From Amoebidium appalachense (lineage: Eukaryota > Protista > Ichthyosporea), in contig CAVNZM010000006.1 in assembly GCA_963693365.1 (NCBI GenBank), forward strand, positions 2,480,001 through 2,544,000: DNA of 64,000 nt. Reading direction: 5' to 3'. The translations under genes were made by a program, and so were the position numbers. Below are positions 45,590 to 64,000 of this stretch, in pieces. Each line of letters starts with the position of its first letter. Positions within the stretch are counted from its first letter, which is position 1. The notes beneath the pieces were generated by a model. The model searched no databases and was not told the DNA's origin. It saw nothing but the letters and a program-made list of their open reading frames with translations.

Positions 45590-46400
45590 CCCCTCCTCTT
45601 CCACCCGGTGGCTGCCCCCGGGCCCCCACCAAAACAACAAAAACAAAACACGCTGTACATTCTAGAGGCACGTGGCACACGTACAAAAAGTTACACGTGC
45701 ATACACACAAACGTGCGTTATGACACCGTACGTACGCATGCATACGTAGCATAATTAAAATTAGGGCCTTAACACGCTGCAATTGCAACACACGTACACA
45801 CACTGTGCCAGTGTCTCACTGTGGAACGTGCACACACACACACACACACACACACATGCACAGCGTCATCGATCAGAGTGTCACACACACATACACACAC
45901 ACACACTTTTGTGCACACCTGACGAATCTGACGAATGGCACACAAACACAGTCACGAATATTGAATGCCATGAACACACACAGTCACACGTGCATGCGCA
46001 CCCACCCATCAACCGTGGCACACACACGCACAGTCACGCACACGCGCGCATGCACACACACACACGTGCACCCTTTGAATGGTATGGACATACTATCAGA
46101 TATCTGATGTTTACTACTATGTATGTAAATGTGTGTGGCACATACGTGCACGAATGGCCCACGGCATCTCCAAAGTTCTCAGGCCATCTCTTTCAAATGA
46201 AATATTCATAATAATAAACTAAAAAAATCGAAAAACGTATCAGGTCAAGTTTTGCACATAAACATAGTGATACCGTGAATATCCATCTATCCTTGCAAGC
46301 TCGATTGAGTGACAACATACCTCAAAACTATGTACACATGCAACAGTCTGACTCACGGAACGGCTTGGAACTGAATCCATAATCACATTCGCGCATGGTG

Positions 46401-46470
<70 letters not shown>

Positions 46471-46658
46471 ATGTGAGTGTATCCATGTGTGCAAGTGTGC
46501 GCACGCAAAAGCATGTGTGAATGTGTGCGCATGTGTCTGTTCTGTCAGACCACTACCCATATGTATACATACATACATGCGCAAACCATCAGAACACTCT
46601 ACCCCAAGGTACCCACACAGCCATCTACAAGGTACCCATTCAAACCCCCAATATAATG

Positions 46659-52992
<6,334 letters not shown>

Positions 52993-53055
52993 GGTGGTGG
53001 TGGTGGGGGGACACGGTGTCCGGATGCAACATGGGGAGGGGGTGCCGGGCCTGTC

Positions 53056-53117
<62 letters not shown>

Positions 53118-53761
53118 CGTGCTTTCTTTGGTGCGTGTGTATGTGTGTGTGTGTGTGTGTGTGCACGGGCAGAGGAGGAGAGGACGAAAGTTGTGGAGTA
53201 GTCATGGTGTGCCTTCGGGAACGGCGGAGAGGGGAGCGGGAGGCTCAAGGTGGCGAGGGGGAGGGCCGGTGGGGGGGGGGGGAGGGGGGAGGGGAGGAGC
53301 ATGTAGTTTGTGTAACAGGCATGTTGATGCATGGTGGCAGACAAGTGTGTGTGCAAAGAGTGGTAAGTCATCTGGAAAGCATACCCATAGGCAGGGTGGA
53401 AGCAATGGAGAAGATGTGAGCATGCCCCTCAGCCACCAAACAAAGCAGGCACGTGTCCATTGCAGTGTGGTACCAATTGTGCCAGTGTGCTACTCTTGGT
53501 ACTGGCATTTCACTTTGCCCTCCCCCCCCCCCCCCCCCCCCCCTTCCCCTCCCCCCTTCCCCCCGCCGCCGCGGAAAAACCTTCCACTCACATCACATCC
53601 ACCCTTTCTGCTATTGGTCAGAAACCTGCTTCCGGTCTGTCTCTCTTCAACCCCCCCTCCCCCTCCCCTCTCCTCCCTCAGCCCCAGCCATCGCACATTT
53701 GCTAAAAATGCAGAGCCCCCAAGCGAACACACAACCTAACAGGCACCCACACATCAATCAA

Positions 53762-53844
<83 letters not shown>

Positions 53845-53972
53845 AACCACGACAACCATCACCACACCACACACACACGTATACACACACACCACCACCA
53901 CCACCACCCGAACCAACCAGAGTGATAGGAGGAGGACGAGGGGGAGGGGGACAGCAGGGAGGGTGGGGTGCA

Positions 53973-54019
<47 letters not shown>

Positions 54020-54191
54020 GTGAGAAGAAGAAAAAAAGAGACACTAGTATAAAAGCTCAGGCGAAACCCAAAGTCTTTGGCCGACACTGACCGTCCACAG
54101 ACCAATGAATGCTACAAACAACCCACTCAACCTGCAGGTGCAAACGATTCTGCCCCTCTCCCCCAATCCTCCAGCCAATCCGCCCGCCCCG

Positions 54192-54229
<38 letters not shown>

Positions 54230-54663
54230 TTCCGGGGGAATGCGGCATCCCCCACACACGCAAGTTCCACTTCTTCCTTCACCCCCTCCCCGTCCCCTAA
54301 CTTCCACCTACAACGCCCTCCTTAAATCTTTCCGGCCTAGCAAGCTGTTAGACGCATATTTAACAACCTCCAACAGACCCCTCCCCCCCCCCCCCCCCCC
54401 CTCCCTTTTTACTTCTTCCCTTTACTCTGAACTGTTCCCGGGAGCCAGCGAACAAAGCCTTAACTCTTATTGACAGCCAGAGCCATCTAGCTAAATATGG
54501 CAGCCATCTCACCACTAACATCCCTGCACCCAACGTATATTATTTCCCCCTTAAAAAGCAACTCTAGCACGTGAAGATACCAACAAACCTCCTCCCCCCT
54601 CCCTTCCCCCCCCCCCTCCCCCCGTCTCCCTCCCTCCCCTGCCACGTGCCCTGCCTCCCCCCT

Positions 54664-54694
<31 letters not shown>

Positions 54695-57074
54695 CGCCGG
54701 GGTCCGCCCCAATTCGCCCTGTCCCAGCCCCTCAGCCCCCTTCCCACCCCTCCCCCCTCCCCCTCCTCCCCCCAAATCTTCTCACCAGACACATTTGGCA
54801 CACATCCACCCCTCCCCCCCTCCCCCTCCTCCCCCCAAATCTTCTCACCAGACACATTTGGCACACATTGCTCAAGTGCAACTCCAACAACAAAAAGGTA
54901 GGTTTGGCTGACAATGCAACTGCACCAGTGCACGAGAAAAAGTAAGGCCATCTTTTTCCAAGCTTAGCCAGGCAGTTCAGCAAGCAACGTTAACCAGCAG
55001 TTGAGGTGGGCAATAAACATGGGTTGGGCAACTTGCCTGTGTGTGTGCCTGCCGTGCCACCTCTGTGCTCAGCACTCGCTACAGCTCAATTTTGAGATAC
55101 ACGCCTCTCCCGCCGAGTGTCTCTTCCCTAGGTAGCTTTGTTTCCGTTTTCCCTTTTTCGTTCTAAGGCTCCCTCTATAATGTGATGATCCCCGTGCCAA
55201 AAACGGGAACCTGCCAGCGATCCTGTAAGCTTAAAACACCTGAACGCGTCTATTCTTAACCCACCAAAATTTTCTTTCCTATATTTTCTCCCTTACAAAG
55301 GTGCCCTTGCACAACGTAAGCCTACACTGTCTCTTTATCACCTGTGGCTCCTAACAAGCTTGGTTTCGGGACACGCCGTTGTATCCCTTTCAATCTCGAG
55401 TCTAGTGGTGTACTGCGCCTATTTTGGTTGCAGGAATGCGCGCCTGAACTATCAAACTCTCTAAACCACAAAACTAAGGTGCCGTTTAACTTCAATAAAT
55501 CACAGCCCCCTTTTCCTTCTTCCCCTTTTCTCCTTTCAAGTGGTTTTGTGAAAGCCAGAAAGCCGGCCACAGCTTCAAAAAAACTGGGCGCGCTTGTGTG
55601 CTATATTTGGAAACACTTAGGTCTTATCCCCTTAACCTCAAAATTTCAGGGGCCTCACAGTACCACATATAGCAAGAATGATTTCCGAATCCCTTGTACG
55701 TGATAGACTCTAGACGACATAGATGAGTACTAAAAAAAATTATACTTCTAAAGGCGTTAAGCTTTTTACTTTCATAACAGCTTCTCGTCGAAGTTATGTA
55801 TACACGGTTCGATCTGGAGCCAAATGGTTCAGCCGTTCATTAATAGTATTTATAAAGTCAGGCCTTACTGAAATTCGAAAAAAAGAACCGTGTTTGCGAA
55901 CGTAAGTTTAGAAGGATTTACTGAGTCGCCACATGATTGGCAGCTATGATTGGCTCGATGCCTTTCTTTGTGGATAAATGCAACACCTAAAAAAGAAAAC
56001 GTAAAAGAAAAGAAGAAAAAAAACAAAGAAAAAAGAGAGTGTAAATACAAACTAACATCTGCGTGCACCTTGAGGCTTACTGCTAGGGGTCGGAGTAGAC
56101 CTTCAAAGTGAGGGCGGTTCCGGTGCATCGGCACTGAGCCGCTTTGGTGGCGTCATCTAGCCAATCACATTAGGCCAAAGTGCTACACAAAAGGTAAGGA
56201 GAGCTAAGAAACCATTGAAGCGCGCGTGGCAAAAAAAAAAAAAAAAAAAAAGGGGGGGGGGGGGGGGGGGGGGGGGGGCTTCGGGCGTTGTTTTCCATGC
56301 ATGCCAGCTGCACCGTGAGTGAGTCGAGTGTGCATGTTTCTTTCTCCCTCCGCGTGAATGCCTGTGTGACTTGGTGTGTGTGTGTGTATGCGCGCGTAAT
56401 CAGCACCAGCTATTGAACCCGTACGTGTGGGACCATTTTTCAAACCGTGCACCTGTGTCCCAAACAGACAACATGACTACAGAGAACCAATATTGCTCAC
56501 AACGGACAGAGTGGGTTACGTCTGGCAACCGAGCGTTGGAACCGGTGCAATACTGAATCATATTGTTTTGGGTGACCTGCACCTCTCACGGTGGCATATG
56601 TACGTGGTCGTGTGGGCAAAGGAACAGTACTTGTATATGTGCCCAACCCGGGCTTTCACAGCGCACTAAGTGTATATCTGGCCCCATGCATTATACTTGC
56701 ATTCTGGTATGCACGCGCTTTGTGCGTGAACGTTTGACCATACACACACACCAGCTTACACAACGTATGCGTGTGTGTTGTGTGCGCGCGCGGGCGTGTG
56801 TGTGTGCGTGTGTGTGCGTGTGTGTGCGTGTGTGTGTCTGTGTGTTGGGGGGAGGGGGGGGCATATCACTTGTGTGACTGCATATGCGTGTGCCTGTATG
56901 TGTGTGTGTCTATGTGTGCGCTAGCTGAAAAATGGCACGAGAATACATGACCGTCGTGCCACAACAGGACATAAATCTAAAAATACACGAAGAAATCCCA
57001 CGCAGTGCTGATGATCCACAGATATTGGGGTGCTGTGTGTCTTCTCCTTTCTGGCTCTCTCCACTTGCCACCAC

Positions 57075-63238
<6,164 letters not shown>

Positions 63239-63239
63239 C

Positions 63240-63309
<70 letters not shown>

Positions 63310-63461
63310 TGCGTGCGCGCGCGCGGTGTGTGTGTGTGTGCTCGAGCGAGTGTCTGTATGTGTTGCTTTTTTTGTGTAAAACTCTGTGTGTGATTATGTT
63401 GTTTCCCCCCCATTTTTTTTCTTTTCTTTTCTTTTTTTTTTTTTTCTTTTTTTTTTTTTGT

Positions 63462-63504
<43 letters not shown>

Positions 63505-63880
63505 TCATCTCAGTACAGAGCACACAATGGGGACATGCAAAGGGTGAAGATGTAAAGCAACCCCTTCCTTTTCTTCTTTTGTGGTTGCCTCGGGGGGAGG
63601 GGGGGGTTATCAACGGGAAACTTTGTACTTATGGGTCTGGCCGGAACGAAGCATAGAGAGTAAGTCTTGGATGGGGGCTACACATGCCCGCTACACCAGC
63701 CAATTCACACACACAGGATTCAAAAGTAAGCATGGGCATGCACGTGTGCAATCCATATGCTTGATCACCAACATTCTGCAACAAAACAATGATTGGAAAC
63801 TACAAGTGTGATATCACACACATTGACGTTATGGGTGTGCATGTATAACGTGCATGCATGAGTTTCTCTTTCACTCTCTT

Positions 63881-63920
<40 letters not shown>

Positions 63921-64000
63921 TGCGTGTGTGTGCGTGCGTGTTGTGTGCATGTGTCTGCATGCGCCATGCGTAGTGTGTGCGTGTGTGCGTGTTTTTTTTT

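Overview
Eukaryotic nuclear DNA from an intron-rich microbial eukaryote. The animal-like BZW/5MP N-terminus hints at an opisthokont or unicellular holozoan, but this is an inference. The window is saturated with (GT/CA)n, (GA/CT)n, (GCGT)n microsatellites and long G/C homopolymers, so nearly all ORF-track entries are low-complexity artefacts. Manual GT-AG exon chaining supports these genes: a two-domain GST-N/glutaredoxin-like gene (-, runs off the left end); an intronless, disrupted MYND-finger gene (-); a truncated protein-kinase locus followed by symmetric phase-2 exons (+); a 10-exon membrane-anchored transferrin/PhnD-fold protein (-); BZW/5MP (+); an M17 leucyl aminopeptidase (-); an orphan gene (-); and the 3' part of SYF1/XAB2 (-, runs off the right end). 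Mobile and repeat content includes a PIF/Harbinger MITE carrying a nested 33-bp TIR element with an 8-bp TSD, several minisatellites, and a ~105-bp intronic dispersed repeat family. The most interesting signals are the altered-pocket transferrin-fold receptor, strand-polarised (GT)n/(AC)n tracts at intron ends, and the intronic repeat family that coincides with 3' splice sites.
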